In this document: one piece after another, positions 51,813-64,000 of the stretch
How the letters are laid out: each line of letters starts with the position of its first letter
How positions within the stretch are numbered: position 1 is the first letter of the stretch
Assembly (NCBI GenBank): GCA_002633005.1
Contig: NMRA01000486.1
Coordinates: forward strand, 121,251 to 185,250
DNA from: Phoronis australis
Lineage: Eukaryota > Animalia > Phoronida
Direction of reading: 5' to 3'
DNA: 64,000 bases
The notes under the pieces: model-generated
Databases searched by the model: none
Told to the model about the DNA's origin: nothing
The model's input: the letters and a program-made list of their open reading frames with translations, nothing else
Program-made: the position numbers and the translations under genes

Positions 51813-52745
51813 CAAAGAGAGAAGACAAAGGAGCAGCACTACACCAGTTTATTCTGTTGTAATTAACTGATTATTGTTATTCAAGGTTATGCTCAACTTT
51901 TAATGAGGGACTCAGTTTTCCAGACCACAGTGTGAAGTATGGTCAGCAGTGCATATAAAACTTCAATTGAAGCACTCTCACTGGCAGCCATCTCTGTTCT
52001 CTTGCGGTAAAATCTCACGTATCTCGCAAAAATAATTATGAAAATGTACCTTTTTTCATTTTTCAAAGGCTTCTAACGTGGTTACAAATGCCTGGAATTT
52101 TCCGAAACTTTTTCTGACGGCAGCTGTGGTAGAAAGCCAGAACACGCAAAATCATTTAATTTGGTGTTACGTATGTTTCGTAGAATAATTTCACTTGCCG
52201 ACCATATTGTGTCCTCAAATTGGTGAGATCTTACAGTCATTCCCAAACAAAAGGTAATAAAAGTTCAGTTGCAGCGTTAACTCGCTATTCAAATGCAAAC
52301 TTGTAAGAAGGATCCTTTAATGATGAGGATCGGGAAATAAGATGTAATACCTTATGAATAAGGTGAGATTTGGAAGTTAATATTTATCTACGACTGACAA
52401 TCACAAAGTCATGGGTACTTTCAAGGCAGTTTTGGTCTCACGTAATAAATTGGGGGTGTACGATCAACCGAGGATCGGCATTTAAAAGTGGAAATTTGTT
52501 AATTTTGCATATTATTGTTGAGCCAAATGTGAACGCAGACCTATACAAGTACAGAATATCCACGTGTTTTCTGTTAAAATTTGTTTTGCTTATTGTTGAT
52601 GTTTAGTGCTATTATTTATTATTCTCCATATCCTTGTTATATTTACCGGTAAGTTCCCTCTTCTAACAACTAAACTGACCACCTGGTCCAGCCCTTGTCG
52701 TCGGAAACATGGCAGTGCAGCCTTTATCTTCTATCAATTAACCTA

Positions 52746-53797
52746 CCGTATTCGCCCCAATAAGGGCCCAGGGCGCTTAGAAAAATTTGTTTCGAGGGGC
52801 ACTTATTGTAGCTTAAGGCGGTTGAAACCCGGTCTCCAAAACGGATGAAATCGGAAGCTAGGATTCATCAAATTTTTGTTCTGCGACGTATCTGTAACCT
52901 ACGACAGACTTTTCACAAAATTGTGGTGCATTGCTATCAAACTTCACTGTTAAATTATGATCCTTTTTCAGAAAATTGTGCAGAAATCCCATGGCGAAAA
53001 CTCGCCAACTGATGTGTCGCTGACTCGCGATCATCGATAGGGCAACTTAAATTCTTGAATAAAAATACAGTTTCAAATCAAGAAATTACCTGAAATCCTC
53101 TTTAAGTTTTCCAAATAGCATCCCTAAGATTTTTAAGTTCCTGTAGAGTCGGGATTAACCGCAGATTAAGCCTAAATCTGCACTAAATCGCACTCTGCAG
53201 CATGAAAAAATTCTGGATGAACACACATATTGTTGTCACGTGACGTTTGTTTTGAAGTTTGTCTGCGTGTGTGCCAAGTAAGTTAGTGCCGTAGTAGCAG
53301 GCCTACATGTATGTAGTGCACGTTTCCTGGCCACATGCTTTTAACACTGGTCGTTTTTTTTATTAGTCTTAAGTCTTCGATTCGCGGTTTTCTGTACAAA
53401 GAATCTGGATTCCTGTTGGGGGAGATCCGTACGGGAAAGATACAATACGATCCCGTTGACAAGTTCACTGCGTCTCTTCTGAAACGCCTGACCATGGTGG
53501 GACACATTCCTCGCAAGATCAGCAAAACTTGTGTTCTTTTTTGAAGCACTGCGGAAGTTTGAAGTATATTGTCACGGCTAAATACCGACATTGCGGCGAG
53601 GCTCATGGTCTAGAAATTCCGTGTCCAATGATTTTTCAGGACTGTCAGATATTATAGATAAGTGGAAGATGTTACTGTAAAATTTTAGAACTGTAGGTAA
53701 GGCATTTTTTGCATGTATACACGTTCATGGGGTGAGTGAGTCTGAAAACACGGGGGGACGCTTATAGGGGCGTGGGCACTTATTAGGGCGAATACGG
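52746..53797. mobile_element. Non-autonomous Tc1/mariner-pogo type element (1052 bp)
   Basis: TIRs CCGTATTCGCCC(C/T)AATAAG(G/T)GCCCA (23/25) flanked by TA on both sides (52744-52745 and 53798-53799); no transposase ORF. Confidence 0.85.
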
Positions 53798-53831
53798 TAT
53801 AAGGTTTTTAATCTGGTGATAACGATGGACA

Positions 53832-54094
53832 ATCTTGGTGTGTTATCAGGAAATAGTTTGGACATAAAGATGGCTGTGTTACATCTTGGTGTGTTATCAG
53901 GAAATAGTTTGGACATAAAGATGACTGTGTTACATCTTGTTGTGTTATCAGGAAATAGTTTGGACATAAAGATGGCTGTGTTACATCTTGTTGTGTTATC
54001 AGGAAATAGTTTGGACATAAAGATGGCTGTGTTACATCTTGTTGTGTTATCAGGAAATAGTTTGGACATAAAGATGGCTGTGTTACATCTTGTT
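53832..54094. repeat. 51-bp minisatellite, about 5 copies
   Basis: acatcttg(g/t)tgtgttatcaggaaatagtttggacataaagatggctgtgtt. Confidence 0.97.
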
Positions 54095-56189
54095 GCTTTT
54101 ACATTTTTCATTTTCAGGACCGAGGTCTAGTCTTTGTACTCGATATTGAACTTAAAATTGTCGTTGGCATTTTCCATACTACTTTTGTGCAAACTAGATT
54201 TCTGTCTATTATTCTACGCTCGAGTACATTTTGGTATATACTGATGAATTTTATAGTTCAAATCCATAGTTGGTGACTCGATTAAGAACTCAGAATTTCA
54301 AGTTAAAACTCAAAACTTCACGTAAAAACTCTGTTTCAATTTCAGACTCGTAACTCATGTAAGTTTAATGCCCAGGTCATTAACTTCAAACTAAGATTAG
54401 ACAGTCATTATCATAACGCATAATGTTAATGAGCACAGTGTAATAGACTGTCATCTTGAGCTAGCACAAAAGTAGACAAGGATGGAAAATAACCAAAAAC
54501 AATTTCGAGTTCGATTTCGAATACAAAGATTAGACCCTGGAACCGATGACTAAAACATGAGTGACATTCTATGACTACATTAATTATGTATTTGAGTGTA
54601 AAGCAAAAGTTTTCTTTTCATGCCCCGAATACATATTGCGAGGTGGTGATTACAAAAGTACATATAGCTATATAAATCTGGATTTGACGGAGACGATGCA
54701 CCCCAATTCAACATAAGCATTCTCGTGTTGGTACTTTAAAGACGGGCACTTTTCTTGTAAAAGCATTTCCTTAATCTATATTCCATTAAAACCGCTTTAA
54801 TGACCAAAAAACTTTTGTTTACAAATGAAAAACAACACCTATAGAACATATAAGAAAGTTGTTAGTTTTTCATCAGATTTCTTTAATTAGAGAAAGTTTT
54901 ATGTCTGTAATTTTACAAGTGAATGAAAATTTTAGTCACTGTTATTTAACAAATCAAGAAGGCATTTGACCGTACCTGTATGATTTTCAATCTATTATCA
55001 AATACCTTGGATTTGATGCGGGAACGCTTTGTTTAGTGGAATTACATGAAGAAGTATGGGGGTCTGGCGGTCTTAATTCGTCAATTTTATGCTTTTATTC
55101 TCTGCTAACTGGACTTAATTTCAATTTCTGAATTATTTTTAAAGATGTAAATGTTGGTAAGTTTTTGAAGCCATCCAGTCAGTATGCCATTTGAGAATTT
55201 AATAAAGATACATGGCAATTTGAGATATATCTTTCTGTGGTCGGTTTCTTTTGTAGATGATGTCTTCATAAGTACAGTGTCTTCAGATGATTTCTTACCA
55301 TGTCTTATCGTCCTCATATGAAGTCTTCCCATTTGTGACTAGCAATTGTGTTGTTGTTTTGTTTTCCGTGGAGTGTTAAAGTAAATTTTCACATCAATAA
55401 TTGCCTGGTAAAACCGCTTGAGACAAACATTCTGATCTCGATATAATCAGTCGTTTGTTATTACGTTATTAAAATGATGGAATTGGTGTAAAATAGATAA
55501 ATATCATCATTAGTACAGTTATTATGATGTTTATTGCATTTTTGTAGTTAAATGTTAAGTCTCATCACCATTGCTATTGATTTCTGCAGGGCTGCTCCCA
55601 GCCAACTATTACATCACCTTGAGTCATACTCACCAGCAAGGTTATTGAACCTTGTCATGTGGCTGGCAGTCTTACATCATATCTTCCAACACTAATCTAT
55701 CTATTGACCACTGGCCTTAATTTCACCACCACCATCTACCAATCTTATGCAACAGTTTCCTCTTCAAACACAGCCAGCCCTAACCCAGCTTTGACCACTG
55801 CTATCAAATTCCTGCCTGGTCAGACCCACAATGAGCTTGCCTAGGATTGAGCAATGTTCCACTCTTGTGATGTCATAAGGAGGAAGCTAGTCAGTTCACA
55901 GTTATTCAGTGTTAGCCAATGTTGCCTGTCTTGTGACTTCATCTACAACAAACATGTGTATAGATTACACAGGTGTGAATATGTTGTGTTTACGCAACAT
56001 CTTTGGCGCTATCAGTTCTTGGGGAAATTTTCAGAAATGGTGACAGTGAAGCAGAGTAGTTTGATCATATAGCACTTCACACACACACATGCTTTGACAA
56101 TGGAGTGTTCCTGGTTGGTGTGTCCTTACTGATGTTCTAGACAGTTGTGATTACATCACATCAGCTCAACCACCAAGACTGAGTTCAAT

Positions 56190-56617
56190 AAGTCCTGTTT
56201 AGACACCAACTTTGGCCCCGCGCAACTGACACGGAGCAAATTGATCAGTGTCAAGCATCCGTTTACACACACAACTCGCTAACTGTGGCAAGACGGAAAT
56301 TGTAGGCTGGAGAGTGTATCATACATGCGCAGGTTTACAAATGACAGGAGTTAAAGAGACAGCAAACCTGTATTTAGGTAATTACACAAGCACAGTAGAG
56401 ATGATCCTTTCCGCCTTGCCTTCGTGTGTAGACACATAATTGACATGGAGTATGATATTCTAGCGCAAATTGCTCTACCCCAGAAACGGGTGGCAAAAGT
56501 TGTCACCGCAGTGTCAATTTGCTCCAGTTCAGTCCCGTTTACATACATACTTGCGCTGGAACAACTCGTTCCGTGTCAGCTGACCCGTGTCAACTTTTGT
56601 AGTGTAAATGGAACTAT
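56190..56617. mobile_element. Degenerate MITE with imperfect TIRs
   Basis: ca.ctgacacgga.c.a.ttg occurs near the left end and inverted near the right end; internal ccgtttaca repeats. Confidence 0.5.
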
Positions 56618-57936
56618 AGACCCAATAATGCAAGATCATGCAACACATCATCATTCATTACAGATGCATCATGCCATCACACTGCTTTTTCCCAAGTGTC
56701 ACATGTCCATGCATCTGATGAGGCCCAGTTGAGTACCCTCTGAAGAATGGGGGGTGAATTGGACACTGTGGAGATACAATTGTTTACATGGTCATATTAA
56801 TGTGTTGATCAGGCAAAGATGAGTGCTTGATCAACACCAGCCTATACTGTATCTCGAGCTAAACACTCGAACATCAATTAACTTCTGTTTTAAAGAGCAG
56901 GCGACCATTTTGATTTTACTTCATTGGAAAATCCCCTTTTATACCTGGGTCTCACATTTTTCGTGTTCATTCTTATGGCATATGTTTACAATCCAATGAA
57001 CAGTAGAAAGTGAGGTGAACTGTGAACAGTTGAGCAAAAGGCCACCATCTTCATTCTGCATTAACTGTCATTGAGCAAACTAGGAATGACCTACACAGAC
57101 CTTATGTTTACACAATGGAAGTGAATACAGGCCCATGGTATAGGCCTGTTGCTGAGCTATTCAAATCGCTGCCTGTTGTTGCATGGACAGTATAAATATG
57201 GGCTGGGGTACAGAAGGTAACTTGGAGAAGTCTCCCAGATGACTAGTGATATGTACTTTTACTAAACTTAGTATTAAAAACTGTTGCATTTCCATTTAAC
57301 TAGGTTATAAATGAACCCAATAAAAATGTCAACATTTGGCTAGCTTTGTAACATTGTATCTCACTGAAAAATGGGTGATCAGATGCAACAAAAAGTAAGT
57401 AATGACTGTTAATGTTTTTGAGTTTTGGTCTTTTACATGGTCGTATTATTGGCACTGTTCTTGAGCATGGATGTTAGAAATGGGGCCTTTACAAGATATG
57501 GACAATTGGCCCAATTACTGTAGTTGTAGAGTGGTACAAAGTTGAAAAACACATTATGTAGCAGAAAATGTACTTGCGCCTTCAAAATGAAAGTCGAGTT
57601 CCAAATTCCAAACTCATTATCAGTTGTTCAAGTATTATGTAAATTGTGATGGGGTGACAGTCCGTATTACATAAGGTAATACCATTACCTGTGACTGTGC
57701 ATTTCATGAATACTGTGTCGGCAGTCATTGATTAGACTTTCCATAGTTATGCTATCCAGCAACTCAATAAAACTTCATGTAATGTTGATTCTGGTCTTCG
57801 TTTTCTCAGTGGCTCTTTTCATACAAAAAAAACAAAAACACAAAATTTTGTTACGTGGATGTCAATGTCTTAAAGTATAATGAAGTTCATTTCTGTTGGC
57901 AATAATTTCACCCAACTGTTTCATTTTGCTTTGCAG

Positions 57937-58054
57937 ACACTAGCGTCCCCTTTGGGTCTCAAGTATAACAACTCTTCACAGTCGCTATGGACACTGTCAA
58001 TCACATCCCTGCTTACAATTCTGGAGGTGGGTCTACCTATTGCAAGAAAGCATG
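57937..58054 (+). CDS. MON2: MON2 internal coding exon (phase 0/1) following the 30.6-kb intron
   Basis: tttgcag acceptor, gtaagt donor, 118 bp. TLASPLGLKYNNSSQSLWTLSITSLLTILEVGLPIARKH continues directly from ...LQSIIK as in recalled MON2 (IIKTLRVPL.LKY...GLPVAR). Confidence 0.93.
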
Positions 58055-58204
58055 GTAAGTAGGTGAAAATTCAGCAGAGATTACGTAAGGTTAAAACATT
58101 GAACTTCTTAAAAACAATGTGTCCAGGCTGAAGTGATTGATTGTTCAGTTTCTGATGTGTTTGAGGATGATTACTGTTACGAAGATATTCTTGAAATAAC
58201 ACCC

Positions 58205-58513
58205 TATTATTTTAAATGACTAACTCTTATTAAATTGACATAAGCAAGAATTCATTTTCGAACCTCAGAAATGGGGACTCTTATAGTATTATAGGGAGCC
58301 TTGTCTGAAGGCGACCAAAAGCGGGTGTCTAATATTAATATAGAATCAGTGCCCCTCCTGAAGACGGCCAAAAAGCTGAGGCCTCTATTTTAATAAAGGG
58401 GACCCCACTTTTTGTTCACCACCAGGCGGGCCCCATAGGTGGCCTCACTTTTGAAGCCAGAAAATGGATTTCTTGCCTGTCATTTTAGTAAGAATGAGTC
58501 ATTTAAAATAATA
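58205..58513. repeat. Foldback element with about 80-bp imperfect inverted arms
   Basis: Left tattattttaaatgactaactcttattaaattgacataagcaagaattcattttc versus right reverse complement tattattttaaatgactcattcttactaaaatgacaggcaagaaatccattttc. Confidence 0.8.
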
Positions 58514-58983
58514 ATCTGTTAAATATTATAGTCCGTTTTGAAATACATGGAAACACAGCTAAGACTGGTTATGTGAAAATTGTTAGTTGTGCTCACAATC
58601 TTTGTTCATTTGTGTAGTAAGTAACTGACCGGACCATTTTCGTTATATGTTGTTACATAGGTGCCCTTGTCATCAACGACATCTTACACAAGACATTACG
58701 TCTGTAAGGAATGGAGAAAATATAACAATTGGGTTGAACATTCATCACTAGCCATGGTTATATTTTAAAACTTGGAATTCTAAAGAGCAATTTTGTTGAA
58801 TTCATTGCTGTTGATATAGTAACTATGGATTTTCATTCTCTTCGTGAAGAGAAGTTTATATTTGCTTCAAAGTCGCACACATGACCCAAAATGTTTTGGA
58901 AAAATCTTCTGAAGTTAAGAAATTTTCCCATAGCTATTGATATCTGACAAACTGTGAATTAAGAATTTACAACTATTTGACAG

Positions 58984-59050
58984 AGTCTGCATTCCATGAC
59001 ATGTGGTCTGAGTTGGCCTGCACCCTAGAGCGCTTCCTATTCTCCAACAG
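58984..59050 (+). CDS. MON2: MON2 internal coding exon (phase 1/2; last found in window)
   Basis: gacag acceptor, gtgagt donor, 67 bp. (E)SAFHDMWSELACTLERFLFSN resembles MON2 F.SMWPELA.T.E.FLF. Confidence 0.9.
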
Positions 59051-59588
59051 GTGAGTCGTAATGACTCATGTATGTGTCATTGATATCGTGCTATCATATG
59101 GTGGACTACTCCACTAAGTCATCGTGTTGTGTGCCGTCAATGGCCAAGTAAATACCAACAGAACTGGGCATTTCGGCAATAGTCGCTTAGAACGTGCCCA
59201 CGAGAACCAGTTTGACTCCCATTACGGTATTTAGTGGAGAAAACTGGTTCTCAAAATGCTGGCATGTTACATTCGTCTTTTACCAGCCTTTCTAGAATGG
59301 TATTCCAACATTTCTGTGGTTGGCTGTTTATTAATATCAGTTCCTGGGTTTGAACTCAAGTTATTTGAGATTTTCTGATCTAGTTCAATCCAAACTTAAG
59401 GTGAGTGTCTATTATTCCGTGTTTGAGTATACTGTGGTTTACTTGGATGAAAGTCCAAGACTAGTTCACACTCTATGACCCTATTATGAAAGCCACAAGT
59501 TGAAATTTTGAGTTTGAACTCAAGTTTGTTGCTTGAGCCGAAGGGTCATAAAGTGCAAATATGTACTAGGAACTCATCTACTGAGGGC

Positions 59589-59696
59589 AATAGTCTGATA
59601 TAACGTGCCCATGTTTTGAGAACCAGTTTGATGCCCGTTATTCAGTGGAGAAAACTGGTTATAAAAATTCGGGCACCGGCGTTAAATCCGACTATT
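59589..59696. mobile_element. About 110-bp palindromic MITE family (best copy); others at about 2611-2720, 33677-33779, 48607-48730, 59178-59280
   Basis: Ends AATAGTCTGATATAACG and CGTTAAATCCGACTATT (15/17 inverted); shared core ttgagaaccagtt...ttcagtggagaaaactggtt. Confidence 0.75.
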
Positions 59697-59816
59697 ACTG
59701 TACTAGAGACCACGATCGCGGCACTTGTAGCTTGTTAATGCTAAATTAGAGCAGAAAATGACAGAAATATTTTGGAATTTGCTCTCGGGAGTCCAAATCC
59801 AGGTATTCCACACTCT

Positions 59817-60060
59817 CGTCTTGAGACCCGTGATGCATACACCTTATTCACGCAGTCGACATTTTAGTAGTGAGCTTCTTTTTAGGTTTAAAAAACAATG
59901 CATTTGAGACATAAATATTATGAGGCATGCGAAAAAAAATCGCGCTTTGCACTGTGATTAAGCGCGTAATGCATCGTTTTTAAAATCTAGAAAGAGGCTC
60001 ACTTTTAAAAACATGGTGACTGCGGGAATAAGGTGTATTCTGTCTACTCACAGACAAGAC
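59817..60060. repeat. Foldback/palindromic element
   Basis: atacaccttattcacgcagtc...agtgagcttc...aaaaacaatgcatt (59837-59904) is inverted-matched by 59968-60038. Confidence 0.75.
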
Positions 60061-60938
60061 TACCCTCTAAATCCGCTCTAGCAATAAACCAAGTTCTAAC
60101 CCACTGAGGTGGAATAACTGGTTTAGATTCTAGATAAGTACAATGCCCAAATTGACTGAATAGGTATATACACAGTAATAGTCTGCTTGTTTGAACTATT
60201 GTTCATGACCTAATGGCAGAGTGGGAAACCATCAAGTGTTATCAAGAGGATAGTTGATGAGTAGAGTGCTTTATTCTCTTCTTGAACTAGTGATCCTGAG
60301 TTCTCTTCCACACAAATCTATACTAAATGTAAAGTTAATTTGTCTCCAACAAGAAGAAGTAATGTTTTAGTTTTCATGCGGAACTGCTGTTGGGAAAATT
60401 TTGTAGTTTGTCATGTGTCAAAAAGCCTTTGTTCGACGATAAAACTATGCTATTTGACATGCCACTCAGGAATATATGTAAGGTATTGAACCAGGTTTTG
60501 TATTTATGTACAGAACCAAAAATGAAATGTGTTGGAGATTGAATTCTATAATAAAATTATGTTTACACCTTCAATATTAGCAGGAGCTAATGCGTATTGA
60601 TATAAATCTACTTTCATTTGTCGGGTGAGACAATTTGCCACTTGACTACAAGGATGAAGGAACACCTACTAGTTAGCGATAAGAATTCACATCTTCAGAC
60701 ACTTGGAAAAAAATCCTGCTTCTAGAGAGGCCACTGGTGAACACAGCTTTAAGATTCATTGACAGTGATACTAATCGCTATCGCTTGAAATAGCATGACA
60801 CCAGTCACGTTGGGTCTTAAGAAATACCCTCACTCAATGCACAGGTTTCCCATGAGTCGTTGACACTGTTACTTTGAGCTGTGATTCGTTGATTGCTCCC
60901 CAATCCTGTACTGGTTTTTTTGCGTGTTCTGGAATTGT

Positions 60939-61120
60939 CTGTGCATTGTACCTGTAGCCATCCTGGCATACATTCTGTATATTGTACCTGTAGCCATCCT
61001 GGCATACATTCTGTGCTTTGTACCTGTAGCCATCCTGGCATACATTCTGTATATTGTACCTGTAGCCATCCTGGCATACATTCTGTGCATTGTACCTGTA
61101 GCCATCCTGGCATACATTCT
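60939..61120. repeat. 36-bp minisatellite x5
   Basis: ctgt(g/a)(c/t)attgtacctgtagccatcctggcatacatt. Confidence 0.97.
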
Positions 61121-62198
61121 CTGAATAAAGCTGGACAATGGTGGAAATTTTACCGCCGAAACATGTCGCTACATTTTAGAATAAGTTGCTGTGTTTATTC
61201 AAACTTTATTTTCATTAATTGTTTCCCCTTGTTCCTAAATCAACAGTATTTGTTTGTTGTTCATTTGAAAACAACAATAACGGCGTGGCCAAATTTGAAT
61301 TATTTGTTTTGTTTTGTACTATTTGCTTAAACAAGAAAACCAGATTTATCTTAAGATTGGTTAGTTTTCACAAATTTGACATTTTTGAACAGTTTATTCG
61401 GGTTTGTCTTTGATTAAAGGGGTGGTTGAACAGCGAATTTCTTCCATTTTTCAGTGTTGCTTTTAAGCCTTGTCCACAAGGCTCCCTTGGTTGCACCATG
61501 TTTGGATCAACACAATTGGAATAAAATATGTTCTAATCTCTATATCTGTGATTCTAATGGTCTGTTTTTAAAAATTGAAAGACACTAGCTACATGTTTTT
61601 ATGGACATTACAGAAGGAGATACAATAGTTTCACAAATGCATGCGATAAAAAACTAAATATCTCCACCAAGTTAAGATTTGGTTTGAAGCATGTAGCTAC
61701 CCACTGCCACTAGAAATAACATGGCTCATTAGTCTCATGTCAGCTGCCAGCCTGTTAAGTGTGCCTGGGTTTTGGTCAGTCTTCAAATGGCCTTGATGTT
61801 TGTCAACAAGAAAAATTCACAAAGTTGAGTCCTCGGTTTTTACTTCTTGAACTATTAACTGAAATCGTAGCAAACTTAAGTGGCATTGGCAACACTCTGA
61901 CTTGCTGACTTGTACTTTCTTAGGGGATCTTCTTGTATAATAGACAGTCTGAGATGAGCAGTGTAAAGTGTTCACATATTCTAAAGGCTTTGGGTAACAA
62001 CGTGTAACATACAGTAGAAATTTCTTTTAATGCACCACCTGGTGGTTTTACTGAGAAACGGTCCATTACCCAATGTGCCAATGTAATGTATGAGATATGT
62101 GTGTGTCTACGGTGATGAGGTTGAAGGACTTCTGCTTACGTCATTTAGACTTTTTGTCACACCATGAAGAATTCACACATCTTCATTACACCATACAG

Positions 62199-62715
62199 AA
62201 TAGCTGACTTTCGAAATAGCCGCGCCATAGGGAAGTCTTGCCAAATGGTTGTCGGATGTTTGGTGGACAGGCATTCAGTGCCACCTACAGATCCTGTAAT
62301 GGTGATGGGAGGTTTGAACCTACTGGGGTGAATAGTGTTTGAACACCTTTTCCAGGGGCGGATCCAGGATTTGAGTTAGAGGGGGCCAGGGCAGAGTATT
62401 GGCAAGGATTTTGCCCGTTGGACATTCTGGCCCACTTGCCCCCCCCCCCCCTCTAAATCCGCCACTGTTTTCTGCTACCGTAATGCAAGTAAATTTCTAC
62501 TGTTGCACGGTGGGGTGTACTGATGGCTTGCCGAAAAAGGCAAACCTCGTGAAATATCCGTGGAAGTGAAGGGCATCGTGTTTCAGAAATTTCCCACTGC
62601 AAAGAAGATTCCGCACCTTGCTATGTCGGGGTGCCAACTGACAAAGTGGAAGTAATTTCGATCCCAGCCGATGTCAAAAGGCTAGAAAATTAGTGAACTT
62701 AACATAATTGAACAA
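62199..62715 (+). mobile_element. Third copy of the THAP transposon 5' region, interrupted by a MITE and abutting a LINE
   Basis: aatagctgactttcgaaa start, agtgccacctacagatcc, then MQVNFYCCTVGCTDGLPKKANLVKYPW and a frameshifted GIVFQKFPTAKK. Confidence 0.72.
62353..62467. mobile_element. 115-bp GC-rich MITE nested in the THAP element
   Basis: TIRs CAGGGGCGGATCCAG and CTAAATCCGCCACTG; TTTTC on both flanks; absent from the homologous position of the 33200 copy. Confidence 0.75.
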
Positions 62716-64000
62716 TATACATGGCATAATAGTTCTTACAGATTACAAAGCAGAATTGACTACTGGTTGGTTTCAAAGAACTTCATAGATCATCTGAATT
62801 GTTCCATTAAAAGTGATTATAATTTTTCGGATCACTCGGTAGTCAAACTTCATTGTTCACTTAAAGAATCTGTACCGAGAGGGCCTGGATTATGGAAAAT
62901 TAACTATAGTCTTTTCGAAGATGAAGAATATGTAACTAACTTAAAAATAATTATAAATACCTGTGTTGAAGAGTATGTTTATCTAAGTAATAAACATACC
63001 AAAAATGAAAATTAAGGAATATACTATGACATACTCAAAAAGAAAAAAAAGAAATTAGAAAATGCTGAGGAAGAGAAATTGATTGAAATTATCAACAACT
63101 CAACAGGAGAACTAAATGATGGTAGAATTGATGATGGAATTGTACCAGGATTTGGAAAGAGCCAAGACCAATTTGCAACGTATACAAACTCATAGAGTAC
63201 GTGGACAAATGTTAAGAAGTAAAGCCCAGTTAATTGAGGAAGGGGAGAGTAGCCCAAAAGTTTTTGCCTCATTGGATAAAAGAAATTTAAGAAAAAGTGT
63301 ATAAGTATCCTTAAAAATAATAATGGGCACTTGATAAGAGATCATGCTGAAATCAGGTCAGAATTGACTCATAATTACTCCTCTGTTTTCACAGATCGTC
63401 AAATGGAAACAACATCCACTATACCAGATCTATTTAATATCACCACCAGTGATGTACCATCCAGTGATTTTGAAGAACTGGATGAACCTTTAAGAGTGGG
63501 TGAATTTTATGAAGTTTTAAAAACTTGTAAAAATAATAAGTCTCCAGAAAATGACGGGCTAACTTATGAATTTTATAAATGCTCCTGGCATGAACTTAAA
63601 AACTCTTTACTTGAAGCTTTTGAATATAGTTTTTCAGTGGGGGAATTATCTACGTCACAGAGACAAGGAGCAATAACGCTCCTACCTAAGTCAAAAGATG
63701 ATGTCGAGCTCCAGTCCTTGGATAATTGGTGTCCAATATCTCTATTGAATACTGATTATAAAATACTTACAAAAGTTTTTAAATAATATCATGGGAAACC
63801 TGGTTCATCCAGGTCAAACAGCTGTTAAAGGACGATATATGGGATACAATATTCGCATCATTCAGGATATAATTTTTTATACAAACATTACTGATGGTCA
63901 AGGACACATTTTAATTTGTACTTTTGTAAGGCATATGACACAATAAAGTGGGACTTTATTTTTTCAAGATTTGAAGGATTTTAATTTTGGACAGGGTTTT
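62716..64000 (+). mobile_element. 5'-truncated, decayed L1/Tx1-clade non-LTR retrotransposon ORF2
   Basis: End of APE endonuclease YTW...QSRIDYWLVS...SDHSVV...RGPGLWKIN; linker GQMLRSKAQLIEEGE; RT start KSPENDGLTYEFYK...QRQGAITLLPK...NWCPISLLNTDYKILTK. Multiple frameshifts and stops; runs off the window edge. Confidence 0.92.

Noticed and set aside
54950-55332. pogo-like transposase relic on the minus strand (MGRLHMRTIRHGKKSSED...)
   Set aside because: Resemblance too faint to support without an HMM search.

Overview
AT-rich, repeat-laden animal genomic DNA (invertebrate, lophotrochozoan-like; the species cannot be fixed from sequence alone). The + strand carries ten consecutive internal coding exons of MON2 (about 652 codons, all GT-AG and phase-consistent, 17039-59050). 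Its ~30.6-kb intron (27362-57936) hosts two tandem antisense PAR/CES-2/giant-like bZIP transcription factor genes of about 208 and 218 aa. Their basic regions are identical but their leucine zippers have diverged, and their predicted leaders are rich in uORFs. Six perfect PAR-bZIP (D-box) sites cluster in and upstream of the second gene, one next to a RORE. The rest of the window is tRNA-derived SINEs, MITE and foldback elements, THAP and hAT-like transposase relics, minisatellites (two arrays derived from MON2 exon/donor junctions) and a decayed L1/Tx1-type LINE at the right edge. All calls come from manual reading and recalled family motifs; no database searches were run.
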